Positions 13,735-26,836 of a stretch of DNA of 64,000 bases are shown piece after piece. Under the pieces are notes generated by a model that saw nothing but the letters and a program-made list of their open reading frames with translations, had not been told where the DNA came from and searched no databases. Location of the stretch: contig OX597814.1 of assembly GCA_951406725.2 (NCBI GenBank), positions 183,582,001 to 183,646,000 of the forward strand, in the 5' to 3' direction. A program made the translations under genes and the position numbers. Every line of letters starts with the position of its first letter. Position 1 is the stretch's first letter. The DNA comes from Octopus vulgaris. Its lineage: Eukaryota.

Positions 13735-14246
13735 TCTATACTACTACTACAATCATTGCTGCTACTACTACTGTTACTACTATTACTACTACATCAACAA
13801 CTACGACTACTACATCAACAATAGCAACTACTACTAGTACTTCTACTACTACTACTACTACTACTACTACATCAACAACAGCAAAAACTACTACTACTAT
13901 TACTGCAACAACATTAACAACAACTATTAATACATCAACAACTACCACCACCACTATTACTACTACTACAACATTAACAGCAACAACAACAACAGCTACT
14001 TCTACCACCACCACTACAACATCAACAACAACTACTACTTTCTACCACTGCTGTTGCTACAACAACTACGACTACTAATACTGATACTATTAATACCACC
14101 ACCACCACCTCTACCACCACTAATGCAACAGCAACAACAACTACTACCATCACCACCACTGCCACTACAACTTTAAGAACAACAACAACTACTTTCTATT
14201 ACTGCTGCTGCTACAACAGTAGCAACAACGACAACTACTACTGCTG

Positions 14247-14286
<40 letters not shown>

Positions 14287-14331
14287 TACAATATCAACAA
14301 CTTTCTGCTGATACTACTACTACTACCGCTG

Positions 14332-14389
<58 letters not shown>

Positions 14390-14400
14390 AATACTACTTT
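13735..14400. repeat. Compound degenerate trinucleotide tract (CTA/CAA/CCA)n
   Basis: About 660 bp of ACT/ACA/ACC-type triplets. Confidence 0.9.
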
Positions 14401-14401
14401 T

Positions 14402-14760
14402 GTATTTGCCACACGGGTTGTATTGAGTAGTATATTACCGGGACAACTTATAATTTGTCTGGATATATACAGAAAACAAATGAGAAAGGTTAGCGGGGGG
14501 TGGGGTGGAGATGGGATAAAAATATATATACAAAATATACATACAGACAAAATATGTGACCACATGAATGATGTACTCCTCCTGATATAGGACAGAGAAC
14601 CCAGCAAGGCCCCAATATAAGAGCTCCACCGATGTAAGATCACCCTAACCACGAAGGGCGTCAGCATTACTCGCCTCAGTTTTTTTCTCCAGTTTATAGA
14701 CACAGGCTTAGAGTAGTTCCATTCACCATGAACATCTTGCCACAGTCAGCCATCTTTAGA
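14402..14760 (-). mobile_element. Possible 3' end of a non-LTR retrotransposon (L1/Tx1-like?) abutting (TAG)n
   Basis: Reverse complement reads RWLTVAR...VNGTTLSLCL* then a UTR-like stretch ending GTGTGGCAAATACAAAAG; family assignment is from recollection only. Confidence 0.3.
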
Positions 14761-15093
14761 CAGATTCACTGAAACTAATTTTTAATCTTTTTAATTTAGG
14801 GGCAAGTTTAGCAAATTTAAGGGCAGGGGTTTAGCCGATTCATTAGTTATTTTCGAACTTGTTGATAAAGTCAATGTTGTTCTTGTTTCTAAAATACATA
14901 CAAGGTCACAAATTTGAGGAAAGGTGTTCGTCGAGAAGGGATATTTTATTTTATCGAATTGGGAAAGATAACGATCGCGTGATTTTAAGGAATAATCAAA
15001 AGGAACAATGAAATACTGTAAAATATTTTTCTGTCACACATTCTACTTGTTCTGCGTTTTACAATTAGAGATAATATCATTATTGTTGTTATG

Positions 15094-15254
15094 AGCAGTA
15101 GGAGTGTCTGTGTGGTAAACAGATTGCTTACCAGCCACATGGTTCCAAGTTCAGTCCCACTGCGTGACACTTTGGGCAAGTGTCTTCTACTTTAGCCTCG
15201 GGCCGACCAAAGCCTTGTGAGTGGATTTAGTAGACGGAAACTGAAAGAGGCCCG

Positions 15255-15323
<69 letters not shown>

Positions 15324-15559
15324 TATGTGTTTGTGTGTTTATGTGTCTGTGTTTGCCGCCCCCCCAACAACGCTTGACAACCGATGCTGGTGTGTTTTAA
15401 GTCCCCCGTAACTTAGCGGTTCGGCAAAAGAGACCGATAGAATAAGTACTAGGCTTACAAAGAATAAGTGCTTGGGTCGATTTGCTCGACTAAAGGCAGT
15501 GCTCCAGCATGGCCGCAGTCAAATGACTGAGACAAGTAAAAAGAGAGTAATGAAGAGTA
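15094..15559 (+). mobile_element. SINE family A, full length
   Basis: Head, internal (TA)n(TG)n and tail all present. Confidence 0.92.
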
Positions 15560-15562
15560 ATA

Positions 15563-15734
15563 TTGGTTTCAAATTTTGACTGAAGCTCAGCAACTTCGGA
15601 AGAGGGGCTAAATCGATTACATCGACCCCCAGTACTCAACTAGTACTTATTTGATCGACCCCGAAAGGATTAATGGCAAAGTTGACCTCGGCGGAATTTG
15701 AACTTGGAACGTAAAGATGGACGAAATGCCGCTA
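15563..15734 (-). mobile_element. SINE family B, older tail type
   Basis: TCGACCCCGAAAGGAT..GGCAAAGTTGACCTCGGCGGAATTTGAACT matches family B. Confidence 0.8.
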
Positions 15735-16819
15735 ATCATGCAAAGTATACAAAGCGTACAAAATCGTGCAAACGATTTTGCTAGCTCGGTGCCTCTTAAT
15801 AATGATTAATGATAATAATACAAGAAGCTGTGAAGAAGCAGCGAGAAATGTTTTGAGAAAGACGCAAATAGAAATGCTTTGCACTATTTCGTTGTTATGT
15901 TGTGTGAGAACAACTATTGGCGATAAACTGGCTTGGTTTTTAAAGTGCTGGATAATACGTTTGCCATGTGGTATTTTCTCGCTAAGGATAACTTTGTCCT
16001 TCATCCTTTCAGAGTCATTAACAAAAGTACCAATCTAGGATGTTAGATTAGCAGAATTGTTGCCAGTCGGGTGGGATATCTTGCAGTATCAGTTCCAAAA
16101 ATTGAAAAAAACAATGGCACTTCTGCCAGGTGTTGCGACCGAGAAGGTATTATCAGCTGTTCATCGACTACCACTGTCAACATTTCCTAATTCAAATTTG
16201 GTCATCTTTGACATTACACTTCACTTTTTCCTATAAAATTCCTTCACCTTTCCTATAAAATTATGTACCGATCAAATGAAGTCTTGGAATGATATAATCG
16301 ACTCTTTGCATCGTCCTAAAATATATGATTCGCTATTTAAGGAAGTACATAGCTAGACCGGCATCCCAAAAAGTTATCTTTCCAGTCAGGACCAAAAATA
16401 TTCTTCAGCCCTTGATAGCTACTGACTCTCACACAATTTAGATGAAGCCCGTGATAATGTGCTGCTCCCACATCTGGAACGGTGATGATGCTGCAGCTGC
16501 ACATCCATAATCTTTGACCGCACCCAAAGACTGATTGATATGAACTCGCTCATCAGCACCTTCCAGTCAGTGATGCTCGCAAATGCTATCTTACCACTTT
16601 TTGTTACTGCAATGGTCTCTGATCTAAAGACTTATCGAATCTCGTGCTCTCTCCTAACAGGAACTCCGACTCTACTCATATAATTTTCCTAGGCTTTGAC
16701 TTCCAAGACTTTGAGAGGGACATTATCAGCACCGTTTTCACAGGTCTTGGAGAATTTGCAAACCTACGGGTACTTTGTTATTTCCCAGACGGACTGAATA
16801 TTACGTCTTTTCTTTCCCT

Positions 16820-17800
16820 GTACAACCCAGTGTAGCTCTGTATTACTTTGTTACGTGCTAAATTTGCATCTTTTGTTTTATAATCTATTCTAACGATATC
16901 ACTTATCGGTAATGTAATGATTATTTCTTTTGAATCTGCAAAGTCTGGCTATCCCTGTTTTCAAAGCTTTAAATTTCGATAGTTTCTCCATTATTCATAG
17001 CCACATTGTCCTTTGTTGGAATTAATTCATTATTTAGAAGACACTCCTTTTCCAGAGAATGTTCGACAATAACAATTGCTATATCTGATTTAATCTCCTG
17101 GTGTGCATGAATTAACTTGTGGTTACTTTCTCTATGGTGTGTTTGCAGCATTTCATATCTGTTTATATTTCAAAATACATAGCTAGCTTCCATTGTATGA
17201 AACGTGAAGGCACATGACCTAGTGGTTAGAGCAGCGGACTCGCGGTCGAGGGATCGCGGGTTGGAATCTCAGACCGGGTGATGTGTGTGTTTATGAGCGA
17301 AACACCTAAGCTCCACGCGGCTCCGGCAGAAGGTAGTGGCGAACTTCTGCTGACTCTTTCGCCACAACTTTCTCTCACTCTTTCCTCCTGCATCTTGCAA
17401 CTCACCTGCGACAGACCGGTGTCCCGTCCAGGTTGGGAACCTATACGCCAAGGAAACTGGGAAACCGGCCCTTATGAGCTAGGCGTGACTCGAGAAGGAA
17501 CAAACAACATTGTATGAAACACCCATATAATGCCTGCATTTATATATTAATAAGAATCAGCAGCTAAAGGTAATGTGTTTAATTTTTGCTTTCCAGCCTC
17601 CACATAATCTGCAGTTATTTAACGTAATCTGCTTCAGAACATATTTTTAGTGGACTTTGATCCTACATTCCCAGCAAAATTCCTTCAGTCACATTGCAAA
17701 GTTTCTCTATTTCCACATTATTTTTTCAGGGTTTTACCAATGGAAGATTTGTATCGATTCAACATGACACTCTGTCGTGTTGTTTATCTTCTTTCCTCAG
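16820..17800 (-). pseudogene. Second decayed R4/Dong-like RLE element, interrupted by SINE C
   Basis: Reverse complement: TEGILLGM*DQ; NCRLCGGWKAKIKHITFSC (knuckle); LIHAHQEIKSDIAIVIVEHSLEKECLL..IPTKDNV..MEKLSKFK aligns with the RLE peptide at 31953-32335. Confidence 0.6.
17204..17507 (+). mobile_element. SINE family C, full length with 13-bp TSD
   Basis: tRNA head (TGACCTAGTGG / GGTTGGAATC); TSD CATTGTATGAAAC at 17191-17203 and 17508-17520; (AAC)n tail. Confidence 0.92.
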
Positions 17801-19061
17801 ATCTGTCTATTATTGCCTCTGTTTTCTAATTACAATCGGGTAATCCAAATAGTATATGGATAGATGTTGTCTAGGCTACCCGGCAATATTTATCTACCTA
17901 GTTCTAGGTATTTGTTAGGTCAGCATATAGGGAAAGACTAGTGTCAACATTTTCGGCTGTTTGGCAATAAAGGCCACGAATTTGTGCTCTTCATTGTCAA
18001 TCTAGGTGAGATGCTTAGAAAGAAACCCAGTTTCTGAAACCTGAAACCGTCTATGCCAGCAAGTCAATAACGATTTAACCACGTAGTTCGGTAGCAGTTG
18101 ATGGGTGAGGTCGTCAACTATCGGTGGTGGAGTGATGTGTAGAAAGAGGGATATAATCGGCAGCATATAGCAAAGGAGCTGCATTAAATAGATTAGATGA
18201 ATTAATAAGTGATTAAGAAAGGCGTAGTGAATGGCGTGCAAACAGCAAGAATTGGCTCGGGTGGCAGGAGTACATCTCGACAACTTCAAAGCGCAGGTTA
18301 TCATAGATATAGTTACCGACAGGGAGATCAAAGCTCCTTAACCTAGAACGTTGCCAGGCGTAAACAGATTGCAACTAGTCAGTTACTTGAAATTCCTCTA
18401 TAAGATTCTATCAAAACTGATCGATCCAATTTACTTTAATCCCTGATATTTATGGGTTTATGAACAATGTACTTGTGGATAATTCAAGCTGGTACACAGT
18501 TGCTGAGGATATAAGAGTACAGCTGTTCCCTCTTTTTCTGTCCATGAACAAATTATAGACACATTAATTACGATCGTTGTAACACAGTCTGGGCTAATAA
18601 ATCTATAGATATATTTTATAGCACATTATAGCAATTTCCTTATACGGTATCGTTATCTTTTTCTTGATGTTTTTCATGCGTGTTATTGTTTTCATAACGT
18701 TCCACATTAGTTACCCGTGTGGCATTAACCAAAATGATTGCTATTATCATTACGTAACTGGGAATCGATTCTGTTTCTCTTCTTTCGGGTGCCGATAAAA
18801 CAGCAACTAGTCAGGTGATATCTTCAAATAAATTAACCTGATCCCGCTCCAAAAATCCGCGATCAGGTGAACTTCGTAAGAAAGAAGCTGTAGATTCGAA
18901 ATAATAGCAATTGTGTTTAATAATAAATGTATTACACCGACTATGTTCAAACATTTGCTGGATCAATTTGTCTTCCATTTTCTTGTGTTTGATGAAATAA
19001 TTATAAGCTAAAAGCGTTGAACCATTCTAAGAAACTATTACAATTGAGAGAGGTGAATGGA

Positions 19062-19112
<51 letters not shown>

Positions 19113-19248
19113 CACCATGTCGCACACATATGGTTGTGATGCATGTGCCTGGTGTAACCTTATCAGACGAGTAGTCATGATGGGTATACTGGGCTTCATA
19201 TAATTTACCCCAGTGTCACTTTGATGGCATACACTGCTCTCTCACTCA
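19113..19248 (+). mobile_element. ~135-bp insert inside an (AAT)n tract, probable 3' UTR of a (TAA)n-targeting retroelement
   Basis: Non-repetitive island between (AAT)n at 19062-19112 and 19248-19273. Confidence 0.45.
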
Positions 19249-19879
19249 ATAATAATAATAATAATAATAATAAAGCGAAGGAGTAAAGGCTTTGTACTAT
19301 TGTATTTCATTCCATCATATATTCTACGATTTAAAAAAAATCAGCTTATTTAAAATCAAAACCAAGAAAAACAGAAATGTATTCAAATTAAACTTATCAA
19401 GTATTAGATTTTGTTTATAATGTGCTGTTTTATTTAAAATGTGCAGTTTCTATTTATAATGTCTTTTTCTTGTTTATATGATACCCTTTGCTCATAATGG
19501 TCAGTGCAAAAGAATCACTATAAACGAATATAGTGTGCTTATAATGTCTAGTTTTGTTCAAGTATATGGAGATCTGACTGTGGAAAAACAGAGTAAAAAA
19601 AACCTTTATATACCTTTCTAAATTATTGAAAATACAATATATTCTTTTCGTTTTAATCTATCTCACAGGAATTACCAATGTATTATATGCAAGATGTATG
19701 GACGAATGTTTCTAATACAGTGCCAATTACGAATGATTAATTGACAAGTTGTTCGACTGCTAGAACAGTATAGGAAGATAATGAGAATATTTTAAATGAT
19801 AGAAGATTTTATGTGTATCATATGATAATTCCAATGGAATCTAACTGGGTACGTTGTTCTGTAATCGCCTTCAACATAT

Positions 19880-19880
19880 A

Positions 19881-19949
<69 letters not shown>

Positions 19950-20026
19950 GTCTTTGTATCTATCTCTGTATCTATCTTTGTATCTATCTCTGTATCTCTG
20001 TATCTCTCTCTCTCTCTCTGTCTCTC

Positions 20027-20087
<61 letters not shown>

Positions 20088-20106
20088 ATCTGTCTATCTA
20101 TCTATC
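19880..20106. repeat. (TATC)n compound microsatellite
   Basis: Direct. Confidence 0.95.
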
Positions 20107-21205
20107 ATGTTTGTGTGTATATATGTGTGTATATCTATATGGACTGATGTATGTATATGTATATATGTTAATATTTTCATGTGTTTAAAGTTTTTCTTGG
20201 TTTGTTTTCTGGTGTCTCTCGCGTAGTAATAAATATTTTGATAGTATAGCTATTTAATTTGGTACAGCCATAACCAATATATATGTTATATTATATGTAC
20301 ATATGGCGATTACTCTGTCCAGTTTAACTGCATGATTCTAATAAATGATATTCAGCACTCAGGTTTTGTTGAAACATATAATTTTCTGCCCAAGTTATTA
20401 ATGGTTTTGATGTCTGATCGGCATTTGACAAACACTTGTTTAATATAAGAGATTTAGATATTTTTAGCCACTAATCGAAAGAATATCACTAATACAGGAC
20501 TACAAGGAATCTTCAAGTCGTGGTCATTCGACCTGCACCAAATAGTCCAGATCTTCTTCAAATAACGCTAAACCATCTTTAAAAAAGCACGTGGCCTAAT
20601 TTAGTTCTAGATACACATTTTCTGACAAAAAAGATAGCATGGTCACAGTTGGAACGCTTTTGTCATATGATAGCTGAACAGGGCGGATTCGAAGATAAGA
20701 AAAAAGCATATCACGATTACATTATGCAATACTATATAAAAAAAGGGAAGAGAAACTATATGTTCATTCGAAATTACATCCATAGTGAGAAAGCAAATTG
20801 TTAGCTCCAGTGACAGTTCTTATCAAGAAAAGCGAAGGAGAGAACTCGGAAATTTAATTCGGTCAAAAATTAAGTGGAAACATGCAATGAGAAGTGAGTT
20901 GGATCTTTTATTGGAGCAGTAACAAATTAAGACGCGTTTCAGTCATATTAAACGTCTTTAAGAAATCATAGTCTTATAAGGACGAACTAGAACTCAAAAT
21001 AACTTCCAAAGGATATATCTTTTGTGCATGAATTACTTTATGTTTAGGGAATTAAACGAGAAAGACTGGAATAGTTTGCAAAGATGAATAAAGAATATAA
21101 AGTTGAGTGAATTATTTTCACGCCTCAACAGTTAGGTGTGTGTATATATATCTATATACTTACACAAATAGGATATATATATATATATATATGTACACAC
21201 ACACA

Positions 21206-21288
<83 letters not shown>

Positions 21289-21613
21289 CACATGCCCGCA
21301 CAGTCAAAGTGCGAAATCTGCAATTCTGTACCTCGTATTGAATTACAATACAACAAAAGGACAAAATAACATTTTAGATATGATGTCACCAACAGTAAAC
21401 AACACGAAATATGAAAGCAAATGAGTTCAATGCGCAAACAACGAGAGACACAAATAGAAAACAGGACAAGTGGCACAAAAAAAAACGACCCTTCATCAGT
21501 TACATCATTAAAAGCACGTTTGCTTCTACTTCTAGCAATGTGTTTTAACACCCTAGTAGCATTTAGTGAAAATTATAATTTTCTTTTTTGATAAAACTTT
21601 GCAGACTGCTGTC

Positions 21614-21682
<69 letters not shown>

Positions 21683-21686
21683 TTAT

Positions 21687-22105
21687 AGGTGTAGGAGTGG
21701 CTGTGTGGCAAGTAGCTTCTTACGAAGCACATGGTTCCGGGTTCAGTCCCACTGCGTGGCACCTTGGGCAAGTGTCTTCTACCATAGCCTCGGGCCGACC
21801 AAAGCCTTTTGAGTGGATTTGGTAGACGGAAACTGAAAGAAGCCCGTCGTGTATATATATATATATATATACATATATATATGTATGTGTGTGTGTATAT
21901 GTTTGTGTTTGTGTTTGTCCCCACAACATCGCTTGACAACTGATGCTGGTGTGTTTACGTCCCCGTAATTCATCGGTTCGGCAAAAGAGACCGATAGAAT
22001 AAATACTAGGCTTACAAAGAATAAGTCCTGGGGTCAATTTGCTCGAACCTAGGCGGTGCTCCAGCATGGCCGCAGTCAAATGACTGAAACAAGTAAAAGT
22101 GTAAA

Positions 22106-22108
<3 letters not shown>
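21687..22108 (+). mobile_element. SINE family A, full length
   Basis: Complete head-to-tail match. Confidence 0.92.
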
Positions 22109-22165
<57 letters not shown>

Positions 22166-22913
22166 TTTTTATATACAAAGTGAGCGCAATCGATCGTGTA
22201 TTTATATATTTGTTGAGATATTCAAACATACAAATTCGAAATATAAATATAATGAAATACTTTCTCCTTTTGTTTTGTGATACACAAATATTTAAGTGAA
22301 ATGCTATTAGTAAAATTAGAGAATTTATAAAAGCGTTCAACCATTTAGTAATTTGTTGTAGTATTTTTAAAGCTATTTCCTCTGAGAACGATTAATTATA
22401 CTTTACGTACAAATAAACGACCTACACACCTACAGATACACACGCAAACGCACATACAAACACACACACACATGCACGTACAGAGACACATACACACTCA
22501 CGGACACATACACAATCATACACATAGGTATATACACTCGTATTTATATATATATATAACTAAATAAATATAGGGATGGTATTATTATAATACCATCACA
22601 AGTGGTAAGCGAATTATATATATATATATATACGCATATGATTGTGTGTTTGTGTTTATAAGTATATATATATATATATATAATTCATATTTATACTACA
22701 TTACATCTACAATTTCTATACATAAATGCAAACGTAATTAGGTATGTATATATGTCTATATACATATGTATGTATGCATGTATCTATTTGTATGTGTGTG
22801 TGTGTTTGTGTGTGTATGTATGTATGTATGTATGTATGTATGTATGTATGTATGTATGTATGTATGTATGTATGTATGTGTATGTTTGTGTATGTGTTTA
22901 CGTGTACTGATTC

Positions 22914-23057
22914 AGGCAGAGCGGTTTAGTTAAGAGCGTCGATTCTTAAACATGCTGATTCATGTTCAGTCTCAATATGTGGTAATTCAGGCAAGTATCT
23001 AGTATAATACCTTGTGAATGAATTTGGCGCACGGAAACTGCACTGAAGCCCGTCATA
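22914..23057 (+). mobile_element. SINE family A-related old head fragment
   Basis: GTTCAGTCTC...GGCAAGTATCT...CCTTGTGAATGAATTTGG...ACGGAAACTG...GAAGCCCGTC. Confidence 0.6.
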
Positions 23058-23554
23058 AATACGTTTATCTGTATATGCAAGTGTGTAAGCAGGCATTCCC
23101 TCACTAGCCGCTTGAGAATGATTACCACACTTAATGATGAATATGGGTGTCTGTTTAGTCGAGGAAAATCATTGTATTGCCCCAACATGGCAGTCTGTAA
23201 AAATACAGAATACTCGGGACAAATTTCACGATTGTTCTAAATCTCCTCTTTTCAGTAACAGCTTGATGTATTGGTGAAGGGTCTATGGCGTTGGAGAGCA
23301 TAAAGATTATAGCTGAGAAAAAATTATCTGTCATGGAGGACTGGAAGCCATCTGAATATTGGGAAAGTGTTACTTATATCATGATGATTCGCACCGGGTG
23401 TCAAAGTGCCGACATCAAGACTGCTGGTTAATGCTCTATGAACACTGTAAAGGCTATAAGACGTGGTATGGATATCTGTAACGGAGATTACGAAGCTGTG
23501 GCCAGTAGGAAGGAACATAGCAGGGCTTTCACTGCGTCCGCAAGTTGGGATTCA

Positions 23555-23885
23555 CCTCTAGAGCTTTGAATAGGGCCTAAACCTCATCAGATGCTATATA
23601 AAATTGTCTGAGACTGTGGTCAATACCCAGTTGGAGAGAGTTGCTACTGGAAGACTATGTGCGTGATAGCAGGATTTGGCTCCTTGCCATACTTCTGGAA
23701 AGAATCAGGAGTGGTTGCTGGAGAAATGCTACGACATCACTAACCCCAATTTCTGGCCTCCCATTTCCCTCGATGTGGGTTGGGGCTGAGAAACACACCA
23801 ACTTCTCTGCCTGCAATACTAAGGCCTAACTGTAGGTGATGATCAAGGAGGTGTTCGAAGATCTTTTCAGAGTCGAATGCCATTG
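23555..23885 (+). pseudogene. maT/DD37D-like transposase catalytic-domain remnant
   Basis: RVATGRLCA**QDLAPCHTSGKNQEWLLEKCYDITNPNFWPPISLD / WVGAEKHTNFSACNTKA is a decayed QQDSAPxH...WPPxSPDLNP..VWG. Confidence 0.7.
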
Positions 23886-24606
23886 CTTTGGTTATTAACA
23901 TATTGACATATATGGAGGGATATATGGAGATGCATATAAAGTTCCTTTGACTTATGTCTTTAAAACTTCATATATTCATGGATCCTTATTTCCATTTGAT
24001 GACTATTCTACAAACGAGTTCTTTAGCAGACATGTTTTTTCTGATATAATTAGTAGATGACAGTAAGACTTTTCAATAAGTGTTGTAGAGTTTGGCCAGT
24101 GAAAAGCTACAGTGTTCGTTGTTAGCAAAAAGATTATTGATGGTAGGCAACAGAAAGCAATGAGAGATTGTTATGTCTAACAGTGAGAGAAATTTGTAGT
24201 TTGAAAAATTTTAGATTTCTGAAGATATGGTCCTTGCAGCGAGAGACTTACCTTAGAATTACGGCTTATCATTTGGATCTTAAAGAAGAGAACTTGGTAG
24301 GGTTTGGCGGTTGAAAATTTATTTTATTCTTTTCTTGATACTATTGTGCTTGAGACAATACTTTCCACTTAACGCTAAGTGGGGTATTATTTTAACTTTT
24401 GTGCGTATATATGTATTTATATAGAAAAGTGTAATTTCCCTTTTTGCGTTGCGAAAATTATGCGTATATTAGTTTGATGTTGACCTGTAAAAGTAGCTGT
24501 GGATGTTTTTGTAGTGTTTGTGGTTATATTTGTTCTGTAACTAATGTCACTTGAGATTTGAGAGGCATTATTCATTTTGAAGAAGTATCATAGTTGCAAT
24601 TGGTGG

Positions 24607-25025
24607 CTTTACTCTTTACTCTTTACTCTTTTACTTCTTTCAGTCATTTGGCTGCGGCCATGCTGGAGCACCGCCTTTAGTCGAGCAAATCGACCCCGGG
24701 ACTTATTCTTTGTAAGCCCAGTACTTATTATATCGGTCTCTTTTGCCGAACCGCTAAATTACAGGGACGTAAACACACCAGCGTCGGTTGTCAAGCAATG
24801 CTAGGGGGACAAACACAGACACACAAACACACACACACACATACATATATATACATATATACGACAGGCTTCTTTCAGTTTCCGTCTACCAAATTCACTC
24901 ACAAGGCATTGGTCGGCCCGGGGATATAGCAGAAGACACTTACCCAAGATGCCACGCAGTGCGACTGAACCCGGAACCATGTGGTTGCTTAGCAAGCTAC
25001 TTACCACACAGCCACTCCTGCGCCT
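24607..25025 (-). mobile_element. SINE family A, full length (subfamily shared with 26411-26836)
   Basis: Complete copy with shared diagnostic variants. Confidence 0.92.
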
Positions 25026-25175
25026 ATTTTATGTGTATAATTTTGGTTTTCAGATTTTTGGTGATTGTGATTAGCTACAATTATTTGAAGATTACCCAAC
25101 TTATTATTCGCATCACTCCAAAATAAAAAAAATTAACAAAGACTAATAAAGTCAAACAAAGACCCAATTAAATCA

Positions 25176-25215
25176 CTGTCTGATGAAGGCGGGTTAGCTG
25201 AAACTTCGATGACAC
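25176..25215 (+). ncRNA. Degenerate hammerhead-like motif (CTGATGA A GGC..GCT GAAAC TTCG), probable PLE pseudo-LTR remnant
   Basis: Canonical CTGATGA at 25180-25186, GAAAC at 25200-25204, UUCG loop; cleavage triplet mutated (ATG). Confidence 0.4.
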
Positions 25216-25266
25216 TGTCAACTATTTCGTTCTAATTGTTAATAAATATGTACTCTACTGAAAGTT

Positions 25267-25450
25267 CAAGGCGTATGCACCAATGGTAAGAGTATGACAC
25301 TTAGAATTGCGTAATCGTAGTTTCGATTCTTGGGTGAACAATACGTTGTGTTGTTGCGCAGAATATTATATTTCATTTCATGTTGCTTTAATCGACTCAG
25401 ATGTAAATGAATTCCGGCAATAGCTGGGAAGTAAACCCTACAAAGGACGA
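25267..25450 (+). mobile_element. Old tRNA-headed SINE related to family E
   Basis: AAGGCGTATG..TGGTAAGAG..GTTTCGATTC..GTTGTGTTGTTG..TTTCATGTTGCT..ACTCAG resembles the reverse complement of 31240-31378. Confidence 0.5.
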
Positions 25451-25651
25451 TTTTCCCATTCATGATGGGGCTTTTGTTTAATATTTATGCTTTGTATATA
25501 ACGTGGCATAAAAACAAACATTAATATATAATTTATATACATGTGCGTGTATGTATATGCATGCATACATACATACGTATACACACATACATACATACAT
25601 ACATACATACATGCGTATACACACACTTACATACATGCGTATACACACACA

Positions 25652-25781
25652 TTATGGCTGCCCCCTCGTTATCGAGTATGGCCATTGCACGAAGCTTAAC
25701 TGTTACTGGTGCTGTGATCGAATGTGACTTTTTAGCCCAGCCAAAGATCTACAGTGTCTTGTGCAGAATTGGCAACTAAAA

Positions 25782-25782
<1 letters not shown>
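25652..25782 (-). mobile_element. 3' end of an RTE-clade LINE (terminal C2H2 finger and short UTR)
   Basis: Reverse complement reads GFSCQFCTRHCRSLAGLKSHIRSQHQ* followed by UTR stem-loop CTCG-ATAA-CGAG; embedded in microsatellite. Confidence 0.65.
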
Positions 25783-25830
<48 letters not shown>

Positions 25831-26323
25831 TACATACATACATACATACATACATACATACATACATACATACATACATACATACATACATACATAGAGA
25901 AATGAGAGTGTGCATGTAGTCGTGTGCATTCTCGTACACACAACAACACAAATATATAAATGTATTGTGAGAAATTAGACATGTAGATACGTGAATACGT
26001 ATATGTGAAAATGTGGTGTTTGCACATGTGTATTTAGAGTTTCACACGTATGTATGTCTTTGTTCTAGTAACTATACGTGTTTGCGAGATGTACACACGC
26101 AATTAAATTCGGTAAGGAATTCAATCAGCTGGTTATGCATCAGTTGAGATAAACAAATCTATTAGTCATTTTCGCGTTTTTTAATTTTTTTGGGGAAACA
26201 CGTTCCAGCTGATTGGTTATGGTTACCGATTTACACATTCTATCAAATTTTATCTGTCCCTGATTGTCTGTCCAATCTCTGTTTGTCTGTTTGTCTGGCG
26301 ACCTAGATGTGTCCTTCCGTTAT

Positions 26324-26410
<87 letters not shown>

Positions 26411-26836
26411 CTTTTTGCTCTTTTTACTCTTTTACTTGTTTCAGTCATTTGACTGCGGCCATGCTGGAGCACCGCCTTTAATCGAGCAAATCGACCCCGG
26501 GGACTTATTCTTTGTAAGCCCAGTACTTATTCTATCGGTCTCTTTTGCCGAACCGCTAAATGACGGGGACGTAAACACACCAGCATCGGTTGTCAAGCAA
26601 TGCTAGGGGGACAAACACAGACACACAAACATATACACACACACTTATATATATATATATATATACATATATACGACAGGCTTCTTTCAGTTTCCGTCTA
26701 CCAAATCCACTCACAAGGCATTGGACAGCCCGGGGCTATAGCAGAAGACACTTGCCCAAGATGCCACGCAGTGGGACCGAACCCGGAACCATGTGGTTGG
26801 TTAGCAAGCTACTTACCACACAGCCACTCCTGCGCC
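26411..26836 (-). mobile_element. SINE family A, full length
   Basis: Complete copy. Confidence 0.92.

Noticed and set aside
17204-17280. tRNA genes at SINE heads (also 27445-27518, 31305-31378, 51006-51080)
   Set aside because: They have A/B boxes but continue into SINE bodies with tails and, in some copies, TSDs; no convincing acceptor stem or terminator
25703-25782. C2H2 zinc finger as an exon of a host ZNF gene
   Set aside because: Single finger with no TGEKP linker, an immediate stop and an RTE-type 3' UTR stem-loop; better explained as a LINE terminus
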